The position numbers were made by a program, and so were the translations under genes. A DNA stretch of 32,000 bases from Pyrodictium abyssi (GTDB taxonomy: Archaea; Thermoproteota; Thermoprotei_A; Sulfolobales; Pyrodictiaceae): positions 1,530,001 through 1,562,000 of the forward strand of contig NZ_AP028907.1 in the NCBI RefSeq assembly GCF_036323395.1, read 5' to 3'. This document shows positions 9,252-17,665 of this stretch, piece by piece (the first letter of the stretch is position 1; each line of letters opens with the position of its first letter). A model generated the notes under the pieces. The model worked only from the letters and a program-made list of their open reading frames with translations, was not told where the DNA came from and searched no databases.

Positions 9252-9330
9252 TGTCGCGGCGGCGAGCCCCGCCGGTCAGTGTTACGTATCAGTGCGGTGG
9301 GTGTATAAGTGTCGCTTCTTCATTGAGGGT

Positions 9331-10029
9331 TTAGCTGTGGTATGCTTCCTCTATGTCGCTTGGAGCTACGCAGCCTGTAAGGTACGCATAGTTGAGTGCT
9401 GCCCTGGCTGTCGTGGCTGCTGCTCTATGTATCTCTGGATTCCAGGTGCTGTGGAGTACGCAGCTATACGATGATAGAACAGTGTATACGAGCCATCTAA
9501 TAGTGTCGCATGATACCTTTTCTATCCGGTAGCGTGCCCAGTGGCGTAGCCGTGTAAAGGCTATTAGCAGCTCTATGCTGCATCCGAGGCTCCTCGCATA
9601 CGTGTACCATCCCGATCCCTCCTCTACAAGTATGGGCTCCAATACAAGTACTATGGTGTTGTTGGCTGCGGTGTATCGGGCAGACACAACGGCTTCGATG
9701 CGGGGTCCCTCTGCCTCAGGGCATGGTGCATGTATGGCCTTAGCTGGTGTGAGGCTGACTCTGTGTTTTAGTACAGCGTTGTAGTAGCTGAGAGGGTTAT
9801 AGGGCTGTGCAAGGCAAACCTCGTAAACGCTGTAGCCTAGTGAGTAAATGCGGGTGCCTGGATACAGTCGCGCGACCAAACGGTCTCTTTCACGCTTTAT
9901 GCCGAGAGGAGTAACTATGAAGGACGATGGAGCTTGTAGAACTGCTAGCAGTTCTGTGTACTGCTGTTCGGGAATGAAGGAGATGGTACTGCTGCTCGGC
10001 GAGCTGCTAGACGCCATACGTGGAACCAT
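9331..10029 (-). CDS. Hypothetical protein, possibly DUF447-like
   Basis: 232 aa ORF with PSSFIVTPLGIKRERD...LYPGTRIYSLG...IEAVVSARY...VLEPILVEEG...YARSLGCSIELLIAFTRLRHW; resembles the DUF447 layout and sits by two pterin genes. 5' end overlaps the longest mptE reading. Confidence 0.5.
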   Translation of the reverse strand: MVPRMASSSSPSSSTISFIPEQQYTELLAVLQAPSSFIVTPLGIKRERDRLVARLYPGTRIYSLGYSVYEVCLAQPYNPLSYYNAVLKHRVSLTPAKAIHAPCPEAEGPRIEAVVSARYTAANNTIVLVLEPILVEEGSGWYTYARSLGCSIELLIAFTRLRHWARYRIEKVSCDTIRWLVYTVLSSYSCVLHSTWNPEIHRAAATTARAALNYAYLTGCVAPSDIEEAYHS

Positions 10030-10693
10030 GGGTTATAGCCTCCGTGAGGATTGTAGAGCTGCACGGATACTGGATCGGCTCCTCTACGAGGCTGCCCTCG
10101 AGGGAAGATATAGGAGTATTCCCAGCGTCTGCAAGACCATCGAGAGCCGGCATGTGTGTATTGCGGGTGGCTCGGAGAGCCTCGAAGACAATACTGACCA
10201 GTTGTTCGGGTGTGAGAAAATAGTAGCCGTCGACGGTGCGACAGTACTGTTAATGAAGTATGGACTCGTCCCCGATATAGTTGTCACGGATTTGGATGGC
10301 TCCTGGCACTACATCATGGAGGCTAGTAGGGCTGGAGCCATTGTAGTAGTACATGCCCATGGTGACAACATAGCCGCGCTCCGCGGGATAGTGCCTAGAA
10401 TAGAAAACGTAGCGGGGACAACACAGTGTATGGCTACACGCTTCGCGACCATAGCTCCAGGCTTCACCGACGGGGACCGTGCACTCGGCCTCGCTATAGC
10501 GTGTCGAGCCTCCCGAGTGACTCTCTACGGTATGAATACGAGGGAGCGTGTTGGCTGGTGGTCTAAGCCGTGGTTGAAGAAGAGTATAGACCCGTGGCCT
10601 GAGAAAGTACGCAAGCTGCATATCGCTGAGGGTATGATGCGCCTATTCACGGTATATGCGCTAGAGAGGGGTATCTGGGTTGAACATGTGTGA
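9974..10693 (+). CDS. mptE: DUF115 / 6-hydroxymethyl-7,8-dihydropterin pyrophosphokinase (MptE-like)
   Basis: GCEKIVAVDGATVLLMKYGLVPDIVVTDLDG ... VVVHAHGDNIAAL ... APGFTDGDRALGLAIACRASRVTLYGMNT is the DUF115 signature. ORF opens at 9848; ATG at 9974 preferred because a shorter 5' end reduces overlap with the opposite-strand ORF. Confidence 0.8.
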   Translation: MKEMVLLLGELLDAIRGTMGYSLREDCRAARILDRLLYEAALEGRYRSIPSVCKTIESRHVCIAGGSESLEDNTDQLFGCEKIVAVDGATVLLMKYGLVPDIVVTDLDGSWHYIMEASRAGAIVVVHAHGDNIAALRGIVPRIENVAGTTQCMATRFATIAPGFTDGDRALGLAIACRASRVTLYGMNTRERVGWWSKPWLKKSIDPWPEKVRKLHIAEGMMRLFTVYALERGIWVEHV

Positions 10694-10780
10694 TGAAGGA
10701 GTATTGTGCTGAGCCTATGGCGTGATGACTCGGTTCTCGGCTGAGGGGGACTGTGCGGACGTGTTCTAGGGTGGCAAACT

Positions 10781-11746
10781 ATGGATAGGCTGGGCATTGT
10801 CCGTGTTGAGACCGGTGCTCGGTTGCACCTGGGCTTCTATGGACTGTGTAGTGATAACGAGAGAATGCTGGGAGGTATAGGGATAGCTGTAGACGGTGCT
10901 GGCTACGTACTTGAAGCTAGGAGGTCCAGCAATGACTTGGTCAAAGGCTGCGACTCTGAAAGGGCATACCGGATACTAGAAAAGGCGAAGAAGAGACTTG
11001 GCGTGGAGGAGCCTATAGAAATCCGGATAGAGAAATGCATACCGAGCCATGTTGGTCTAGGGTCAACAACACAGCTCACACTGGCTCTCTACGCGGCTTT
11101 GGCTAAGCTGATGGGGGTGGACGTCACCAGGGCTGTGGATGCTGCTAGGAGGGGGCCGTACTCCGGCATAGGCGTAGGAGTGTTCCTGTATGGAGGCTTC
11201 ATACTGGACGCTGGTGTAAGAGCCTCAGCCAAAGACAATACTGCGAGGCCAGCTCTGAGAGGCAAGATGCCCGAGGAGTGGAGAATAGTAGCCATAATAC
11301 CCAAGACCAGCTGGCGGGTACAAGAAGGGCGTCGTGAACAAGAGCTAATGCTTATGCCGCGCGGCAGCATGGACATGTGCTGCAGGACTATGTATGCTCT
11401 TCTCCGCATGGTGGTACCTGGTATCGCAGAGCGGGATTTCCAGCTATTTGCCAGTGGTGTAGAAGAGATACAGCGTTTAACCGGGAGCTACTTCTCCGGC
11501 GCTCAAAGCGGGCTATTCTGCTGCCCTGAATCAGAAGAAGCAGCGGAAAAACTCCGCAAGGTAGGTGCAAGGGGTATAGGGCAGAGTAGCTGGGGCCCTC
11601 TCGTCTATGGCTTCTTCCCTAGTGGTTCAGCAGCAGCAAGAGCATTCAGCATGCTTAGGGACAGCTACAAAGAACGTGGCCTAGTGCTCCTGCTGAAGCC
11701 GCGCAATAGTGGTGCGCGTATAATGGAGGTATCTGGCCTTCTCTAG
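10781..11746 (+). CDS. Beta-ribofuranosylaminobenzene 5'-phosphate (beta-RFAP) synthase, GHMP-kinase family
   Basis: VETGARLHLGFYGLCSDNERMLGGIGIAVDG, IPSHVGLGSTTQLTLALYAALAKLMG, RRGPYSGIGVGVFLYGGFILDAG, GIGQSSWGPLVYGF: beta-RFAP synthase motifs. Confidence 0.88.
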   Translation: MDRLGIVRVETGARLHLGFYGLCSDNERMLGGIGIAVDGAGYVLEARRSSNDLVKGCDSERAYRILEKAKKRLGVEEPIEIRIEKCIPSHVGLGSTTQLTLALYAALAKLMGVDVTRAVDAARRGPYSGIGVGVFLYGGFILDAGVRASAKDNTARPALRGKMPEEWRIVAIIPKTSWRVQEGRREQELMLMPRGSMDMCCRTMYALLRMVVPGIAERDFQLFASGVEEIQRLTGSYFSGAQSGLFCCPESEEAAEKLRKVGARGIGQSSWGPLVYGFFPSGSAAARAFSMLRDSYKERGLVLLLKPRNSGARIMEVSGLL

Positions 11747-14376
11747 CCCTCGCGGCGGTCTTGTGGCTGCTCAACCTCTTCGTTTTCGGCTTTGTTGTCT
11801 TGTCTGGCGTTTCTACGTTCCTTGGCTTTGCGCACTTGTATTGGTTCGACGAATAGTTTGCCTCTGTCCATGCGCTCTAATAGGGTTGAAGCGCTAACAC
11901 CGACTGGTGATTCGGAGTCCAGGCCGTAGTATATCTTGAGAACCTTTCTCGCTATATCCTTGAGCGCGACCATTATGCTGTGCGGGCGTGTTCGTAGCTC
12001 TTCTGCCACAGTCTCCCAGCTCTTTCCTTGGAGTACCTTGGCTACAACTATGTACTCTTCCCGCCTAGACAGACTAAGGCCCTTAGTCTTCGGGTACATT
12101 AGCCAGTATGCCTTAGTTATCTCGTGTATCACGTCTGTTACAGCTTCATAGGTCATGGGGCCGTAGGCGTATATCCATAGGCGGTCCACTTGTATCGAGG
12201 TGAGTCTTGGGTAGTAATCCTCGAAGATAGGGTCGCCGCTCTTTAGTATCAGTAGCGCGACATCAGTTTCAAGGTCCCGGTAGGGGTCGTGAAGGCTCTC
12301 AAGCACCTTTCTCTTAAACTCCCTATTGGCTATTGAAGTAAGCTTCTTCATGATCTCCTTTATCGGGTTAAGCACTAGTATAGTGTACTCGCCGCTCACA
12401 GGGTTTCGGTCCGGCGACATGTGGACTGGCAGGAACCCGTTCTTTAGCCAGAATCGTAGAAGCTGGTCATTGACGCCGAAGCCGCTTCCAACCCAGTCTA
12501 GCCCTTCTTCTTCGGCCTCCTTCTTCACCTGCTCTAGGGCGAATGAACCTATACCCTTCCCCTGTACACCGGGGTGTGTTGCTATGCGCACTATGCGCCA
12601 GCCTCTAGCGCTCCCGAACTCTCTGACACGTAGATGTTTCAGCATTCGGTCCGGTATGATGTTTCCAGGTGTTTTTCCTCCGCGTAGAAGCTCCTCTATC
12701 ATCTCGTCGTCTAGGCCACCCTCGTTTGCTATCTGGAGCGCGCATACAATCTTCCCGGACGGCAGCCTCACTCCTCTTATAATATGGTGTGGTGCATCAG
12801 CTAGTATTGCTAGGTCGTCTGGCTCGTTTCGGTAGTGTGCTAGAACGTATATGCCGAAAAGCTGGCGTAGGGACTCTTCTCCTTCTGGGCTGAATAGCCA
12901 GCTCGGATCAAATCGCACATACTCTAGTCTGCCCTGCTTTATAGCCTCTATGTCTTCATCATCGAGCTCTGCCGGCTCGGCATCTAGCAGTAGAGCGTCA
13001 AAGAGCCATCGCTCTATCGGGTCGTCGCGTGCATAACGAATAGGTTCGTGCATTTCTACTTGGATGAGTTCTGTCCTGGGGTCGTTCTTGAGGACTGGGA
13101 GGAACCTCACAGAGAAGCCGCGTCCAGCGCCCTCGTAGCCATGTATAGTTGTTGCGAATATCATCCGGTTGTGATGGCGCCATATACGGTGTAGAAGCGG
13201 TACGTGCATGCCAGCGGCCTCGTCGACTATGACAACATCAGCTTTGAGTTTGGGTACATGTATTGGCTCCCAGTACTCTATGCTGAAGCCTTCGCCGTGC
13301 AGTTCTAGTACACGCTCTCCATGCTTGACTATTCGTGTCCTTATCTCGAGCTTCTCAGCGGCCTTTATGGCGAGCGTGAAGAATGACTGTACGTTGGCTA
13401 GGTTTGGCGCAGTGACTATGATACGTACTCTTCTGCGTTCGCGGCGGAGCCTCATAGCTAAGCCTATGGACGCTATTCCTACAGCGCCAGACTTTCCTCT
13501 ACCCCTATCAGAAGTTATTACTATCGCCTTCTTCTTTTTCTTGCTCCTCTCGAGGAGAGACTCAATGGTTTTTATGACGTTTACCTGGTCCTGGGTCAGA
13601 GCTAGCTCGTAGAGTTCGCGGGGGAAGACAGTCTTCTCGGGGATCTTTATCTCCTCCTTGGTGTAGCGTCTTAGCGGGTAGTCGTCTGCCTTTATGGTGT
13701 CCTCCTCATCTACGTCATATATGTAGATTCCATCATGCTCTATGAGCTTGCGCTTGAACCACCTTATGAATATGTGTCGTGGCTCCTTATAGCCTGGTAC
13801 TACTAGATTCTGCTTAAATATGGTCATCCACTTATCCCACTTAATCCAAGGAGGAACCAAGAATATTATGAGGCCGCCTCCCTCAACTATGCCGACTAGC
13901 CTGCCAACATCGTTCGGCTTTAGATCATTGACCAGGTCCATTACGAGGAGTTTGAATGTTGTGCCTAGGAATCTGTCGCTTTCCTCGTATCTCGCTATAG
14001 TCGACGTTACCATGTTGGCCCTAGATTTTATAACTCTTTTGACTACTTCTTTGCGTATCTTAGCGTCTTTGAATTCGTCGTGGAACACGTATAGTAGCGG
14101 TAGCTCTTCTTTGCCCTTCACTCTACGGTATACTCTCTCGTAGAATAGCAGTGCTCTCGCGGCTGCTGCCCCTACCTTTACCGGATCACTACCCGTAATT
14201 ACTAGGAGGCGTCTATGCCTAGAAACTATGGCTCTTTCTATTCCCTTGCTTAGTTTTCTTAGCAGTTTGTTAAAGCTAGCTGGTATATACTCCTTCAGGT
14301 TCTCGGCTACACGTCTGCCAATATCCTCTATGTCCTTCTTAGTAAGATCCTCGTAGCTGACGTCGGTGCTGCCCAA
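11743..14376 (-). CDS. tmcA: tRNA(Met) cytidine acetyltransferase TmcA (Kre33/NAT10-like)
   Basis: 877 aa; SRHRRLLVITGSDPVKVGAAAARALLFY, ITSDRGRGKSGAVGIASIGLAMRLR (Walker A), DEAAGMHVPLLHRIW, and GNAT motif RIATHPGVQGKGIGSFALEQV. TTG start at 14376. Confidence 0.93.
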   Translation of the reverse strand: MGSTDVSYEDLTKKDIEDIGRRVAENLKEYIPASFNKLLRKLSKGIERAIVSRHRRLLVITGSDPVKVGAAAARALLFYERVYRRVKGKEELPLLYVFHDEFKDAKIRKEVVKRVIKSRANMVTSTIARYEESDRFLGTTFKLLVMDLVNDLKPNDVGRLVGIVEGGGLIIFLVPPWIKWDKWMTIFKQNLVVPGYKEPRHIFIRWFKRKLIEHDGIYIYDVDEEDTIKADDYPLRRYTKEEIKIPEKTVFPRELYELALTQDQVNVIKTIESLLERSKKKKKAIVITSDRGRGKSGAVGIASIGLAMRLRRERRRVRIIVTAPNLANVQSFFTLAIKAAEKLEIRTRIVKHGERVLELHGEGFSIEYWEPIHVPKLKADVVIVDEAAGMHVPLLHRIWRHHNRMIFATTIHGYEGAGRGFSVRFLPVLKNDPRTELIQVEMHEPIRYARDDPIERWLFDALLLDAEPAELDDEDIEAIKQGRLEYVRFDPSWLFSPEGEESLRQLFGIYVLAHYRNEPDDLAILADAPHHIIRGVRLPSGKIVCALQIANEGGLDDEMIEELLRGGKTPGNIIPDRMLKHLRVREFGSARGWRIVRIATHPGVQGKGIGSFALEQVKKEAEEEGLDWVGSGFGVNDQLLRFWLKNGFLPVHMSPDRNPVSGEYTILVLNPIKEIMKKLTSIANREFKRKVLESLHDPYRDLETDVALLILKSGDPIFEDYYPRLTSIQVDRLWIYAYGPMTYEAVTDVIHEITKAYWLMYPKTKGLSLSRREEYIVVAKVLQGKSWETVAEELRTRPHSIMVALKDIARKVLKIYYGLDSESPVGVSASTLLERMDRGKLFVEPIQVRKAKERRNARQDNKAENEEVEQPQDRREG

Positions 14377-14531
14377 AAGCCCTCTTCCCCGCTAAGCTAG
14401 GCAGAACACTTGGGAGAGGGTTATGTAGATGGATGGTGCCCGACATAACTTCCGTTAAAACAGTGAATCAACGAGACGATAGCACGAGGTCGCGCTCTCC
14501 AGGGCTTCTAGGCAACGCTATTGTAATGCTT

Positions 14532-15827
14532 TTAAATAATGTCATCCATATTCTCTAGCTCATCTATAGGTATTGTCCTCTGTTCACGCTTTTCTAGATC
14601 GCGTAGAACGAGTTTTCCTTCTCTAGCTTCCCGCTCCCCTATTATCACTGCGTAGCGGTATCCTTGCTTGGCTAGTTTTGGAAGCATTTTCTGAAGCTTG
14701 GAGCCCGTGTATAATACTGCTGAGACTCCTCTCTTAGCGGCTAGTATGTCCTGGACCCGGGCAGCGTAGGCTGTTAGGGCCTCGTTAAGAACCAGTACAG
14801 CTACTTGGGTTTTAGCCTCGTATACATGTCTCGGCCTTATTTCGAGCTCCCGCATAGCGGCTAAGGTTCTGTCAAGGCCTATAGCGAATCCTGTGCCAGG
14901 CACTTTTTCACCGCCATAAAGCTCTATGAGGTTGTCGTAGCGGCCGCCGCCAGCTATGCTTACAGGGAAACCTGGCACTTTGACCTCGAATATTGTACCT
15001 GTGTAATACGCTAGTCCGCGTGCAAAGGCTAAATCAACCTCAAGTTTTAGCCTGTCGTTATACTCTCTGAGCATGACTACGAGCTTGCCAAACTCTTCTA
15101 GTATCTGAACAGCCTCATCGTCTACTTGTGATACTATCTTTTTTGCGTCATCTATGCTATTCCTTGCTTTTGTCCACAACTCTTCCAGGAGACCTGCTAG
15201 GCTCGGATGGCCTGCCTCTACTAGTACTTCTATGGCTTCGTTGTACATGTCCTTATCCATCAGATGTAGTATGTGGTCCTGCGTTTCCTCGCCTATGCCG
15301 TATTTTGCAAACAAGTATCTATACAGCTTTGTAGTGCCTATTTTTAACACTATATTGTCTAGCATGTCTATTTGCTCGTAGAACTTTGCTAGGATCTTTA
15401 TGACTTCGAAGTCGCCTATAATAGAAGGCTCGCCGAGTAGCTCTATGCCAGCTTGCCAGAACTCTCTATACCTAGCTTTTTGCGGCTCCTCGTATCTGAA
15501 GCAGTTAACAACGTAGTAGAGACGTATAGGCTTGGGCCGGCCTCGTAGGTGTTTTAGGTATATTCTTGCGATGCTTGCTGTAGCCTCAGGTCTCAGTGCT
15601 ACCTCTCTTCCTGCCTTATCTTTGAATACATACATTGAGCGTCTTATCTCCTCGCCGGATTTTACGGCAAACAGTTGGAACCGTTCTAGTGTCGGTGGCT
15701 TTACCTCCATGTAGCCATAGGCTTCGGCAAGCCGTGAGAATAGCTCAGCGAGCCTGGATAGTGCGTGTGAATCTGGCGGTAATATGTCCCGGAATCCGCG
15801 GAGTGGCTCCAGGACTATCTGTGTCAA
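14532..15827 (-). CDS. hisS: Histidyl-tRNA synthetase
   Basis: 431 aa; GFRDILPPDSHALSRL, LRPEATASIARIYL, YYVVNCFRYEEPQKARYREFWQAGIELLG, LAYYTGTIFEV, GGGRYDNLIELYGG, GTGFAIGLDRTLAAM. Confidence 0.97.
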   Translation of the reverse strand: MTQIVLEPLRGFRDILPPDSHALSRLAELFSRLAEAYGYMEVKPPTLERFQLFAVKSGEEIRRSMYVFKDKAGREVALRPEATASIARIYLKHLRGRPKPIRLYYVVNCFRYEEPQKARYREFWQAGIELLGEPSIIGDFEVIKILAKFYEQIDMLDNIVLKIGTTKLYRYLFAKYGIGEETQDHILHLMDKDMYNEAIEVLVEAGHPSLAGLLEELWTKARNSIDDAKKIVSQVDDEAVQILEEFGKLVVMLREYNDRLKLEVDLAFARGLAYYTGTIFEVKVPGFPVSIAGGGRYDNLIELYGGEKVPGTGFAIGLDRTLAAMRELEIRPRHVYEAKTQVAVLVLNEALTAYAARVQDILAAKRGVSAVLYTGSKLQKMLPKLAKQGYRYAVIIGEREAREGKLVLRDLEKREQRTIPIDELENMDDII

Positions 15828-16363
15828 GGCTCGCTATCGCCCTCCCTTGATAGCCTTGTTAGCCCAGGTCTGAACACTAAAGCTGTATAATATGTTATGT
15901 CGCCATACCTATCAACTATGGCTAAGAGTGGCTCCCAGCTATTCTTAGCAGCTTCCTCGACGAAGGAGTATAGGGTAGCTAGCTTTACGGGCCTATTCTC
16001 CTCAAGAACTAGTATGTAGTGTGTATACCGTGGTTCTCTCTTCCTGCGTCTAAGTAGAAGCGAATGGGGGCGCGGGCCGGGGACAGGTAGGCGGCCACGT
16101 TTCCGCAGGTCCAGGTATACCTCGAACTCGACCCACGCATAGGGGTTTATCCTACTATACGCCTTGATTAGGTCCTCGAAGCTGTACTGTCTGCCCACAG
16201 AATCTACTAGTACTGCTGTCCCCGTGTAGAGCAGGTAGAGCGCCTCCAGTGGATGTAGCTTCTCGATACTCGTGTATGGTAGCTGCTTTAGCGCTTCATC
16301 CGCTCCTCTTAGTATCTGCAGCTCCAGCGTCTTATGGTCAACCAGCAGTATTTCTAAAGTCAT
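15824..16363 (-). CDS. tRNA-intron endonuclease, non-catalytic (structural) subunit
   Basis: PLEALYLLYTGTAVL, YAWVEFEVYLDLRKRGRLPVPG (RxRG motif lacking catalytic Tyr), THYILVLEENRPV, LLAIVDRYGDITYYTAL (no catalytic Lys). Overlaps hisS start by 4 nt (TTGA). Confidence 0.7.
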   Translation of the reverse strand: MTLEILLVDHKTLELQILRGADEALKQLPYTSIEKLHPLEALYLLYTGTAVLVDSVGRQYSFEDLIKAYSRINPYAWVEFEVYLDLRKRGRLPVPGPRPHSLLLRRRKREPRYTHYILVLEENRPVKLATLYSFVEEAAKNSWEPLLAIVDRYGDITYYTALVFRPGLTRLSREGDSEP

Positions 16364-16460
16364 TCTGTCCCCCGGGGTACCTGCATTCAGGAGGTAAGCC
16401 TAATGATGCGCGCCTAAGCTGGTATAGCGGTGCCTCACGCATGGTGGTATGGTGTCTGCC

Positions 16461-16473
16461 AAGCTTTTATAGG
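16461..16473 (+). promoter_or_regulatory. Putative TATA-box promoter element of mtnA (AAGCTTTTATAGG)
   Basis: A/T-rich archaeal box A-like sequence 44 nt upstream of the mtnA ATG. Confidence 0.6.
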
Positions 16474-16516
16474 CGCCTCTACGCCGCATTGAATCTCGTA
16501 ACCTGGTTGGTATGGT

Positions 16517-17602
16517 ATGGAGCTTCTAGAGAAACTGAAGATAAAGCCCATTGAGTGGATTGAAGACGACCCTGAAGGGCCTAAGCTCCGTTGGTTGGAT
16601 ACGCGGCTTTTGCCTTGGGAGGAGGTCTACAGGGAGACACGAGACTTCAAACGTGTAGCCGTAGCGATAAAAACCATGGAAATAAGAGGCGCACCAGCCA
16701 TAGGCGTTGCAGCCGCGTATGGCCTGGCGCTTGCAGCATTATACTCAAACGCTAAGGAGCCAGACGAGCTGTGGAATAAGCTCCGTGAAGCTGAGAAAAT
16801 ACTGGCTGCAACCAGGCCTACCGCATACAACTTGTTCTGGGCGTTGAGAAGAGTAATGGACAGGGCGCAGAGTGGCCTAAAGCGTGGCGATGATGTAGAT
16901 AAGATAATCTATGCAGTGGTCGACGAGGCCAAGAAGATACATATTGAGGATGTTAGGACAAACATGGAGCTTGGACGCATAGGAGCCAAGCTAATAGATG
17001 ATGGCGACACAATACTAACACACTGTAATGCAGGTGCACTTGCTACAGCAGCTTATGGGACGGCTGAAGGCATAATGAGGGCCGCAATCGAGGAGGGTAA
17101 GCGTATAAAGGTCATAGCTACTGAGACACGGCCGCTACTACAAGGCGCTAGACTCACAGTATGGGAGCTAAAGAAGGAGGGTATAGAGGTGCGGCTTATA
17201 ACGGACAATATGGTTGGATACGTTATGTACCGTGGGCTCGTAGATAAGGTGATTGTTGGCGCTGATAGGATAACAGCTGACGGCTATGTAGCAAACAAGA
17301 TAGGAACTTACATGATAGCCGTACTAGCACATAGACACAAAGTACCATTCTATGTAGCAGCACCCTCGTCGACATTCGACCTGGGCATAGAGGGAGACAA
17401 TATACCCATAGAGGAGCGTGACCCTGACGAGGTTAGAACGGTACTCGGGAAGCTACTAATAACCGTAAAGGATGTAGAAGTGTATAATCCTGCATTCGAC
17501 ATAACTCCGCCGGAGCTTGTAACAGCGATAGTAACAGAGAAGGGTATAATCACTCCGCCATACAGGGAGAACATAGCTCGTATACTAGGAGATAAATCCT
17601 AA
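16517..17602 (+). CDS. mtnA: S-methyl-5-thioribose-1-phosphate isomerase (aIF2B-alpha-like family)
   Basis: 361 aa; AIKTMEIRGAPAIGVAAAYG, RPTAYNLFWAL, ILTHCNAGALATAAYGTAEG, VIATETRPLLQGARLTVWEL, DNMVGYVM, VDKVIVGADRITADGYVANKIGTYMIAVLA. Confidence 0.95.
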   Translation: MELLEKLKIKPIEWIEDDPEGPKLRWLDTRLLPWEEVYRETRDFKRVAVAIKTMEIRGAPAIGVAAAYGLALAALYSNAKEPDELWNKLREAEKILAATRPTAYNLFWALRRVMDRAQSGLKRGDDVDKIIYAVVDEAKKIHIEDVRTNMELGRIGAKLIDDGDTILTHCNAGALATAAYGTAEGIMRAAIEEGKRIKVIATETRPLLQGARLTVWELKKEGIEVRLITDNMVGYVMYRGLVDKVIVGADRITADGYVANKIGTYMIAVLAHRHKVPFYVAAPSSTFDLGIEGDNIPIEERDPDEVRTVLGKLLITVKDVEVYNPAFDITPPELVTAIVTEKGIITPPYRENIARILGDKS

Positions 17603-17604
17603 GC

Positions 17605-17621
17605 CTTTTTTGTTATAATAT
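17605..17621 (+). terminator. Putative T-run terminator after mtnA
   Basis: CTTTTTTGTTATAATAT just after the stop codon, before convergent secretion-system gene. Confidence 0.45.
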
Positions 17622-17665
17622 GTAGCTTGCTATTGTACCGAGGTGTATCGCTCTACTAGCTGTTA

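Noticed and set aside
9184-9280. tRNA, SRP RNA or RNase P RNA interpretation of the GC island
   Set aside because: No GGTTCGA-type T-loop, no SRP helix-8 GNAR motif with its GCAGCC partner, no GAGGAAAGUCC-type RNase P core.
10084-10621. ORFs 10084-10287 and 10250-10621 opposite to or out of frame with mptE
   Set aside because: The DUF115 signature frame explains this region.
12326-12835. 169-aa plus-strand ORF and neighbours (12851-14143) antisense to tmcA
   Set aside because: Low-complexity Ser/Arg-rich shadow ORFs, fully covered by the TmcA coding sequence.
16380-16460. ATGATGC-containing intergenic stretch considered as a C/D sRNA
   Set aside because: No box D (CTGA) at a suitable distance and no C'/D' pair.
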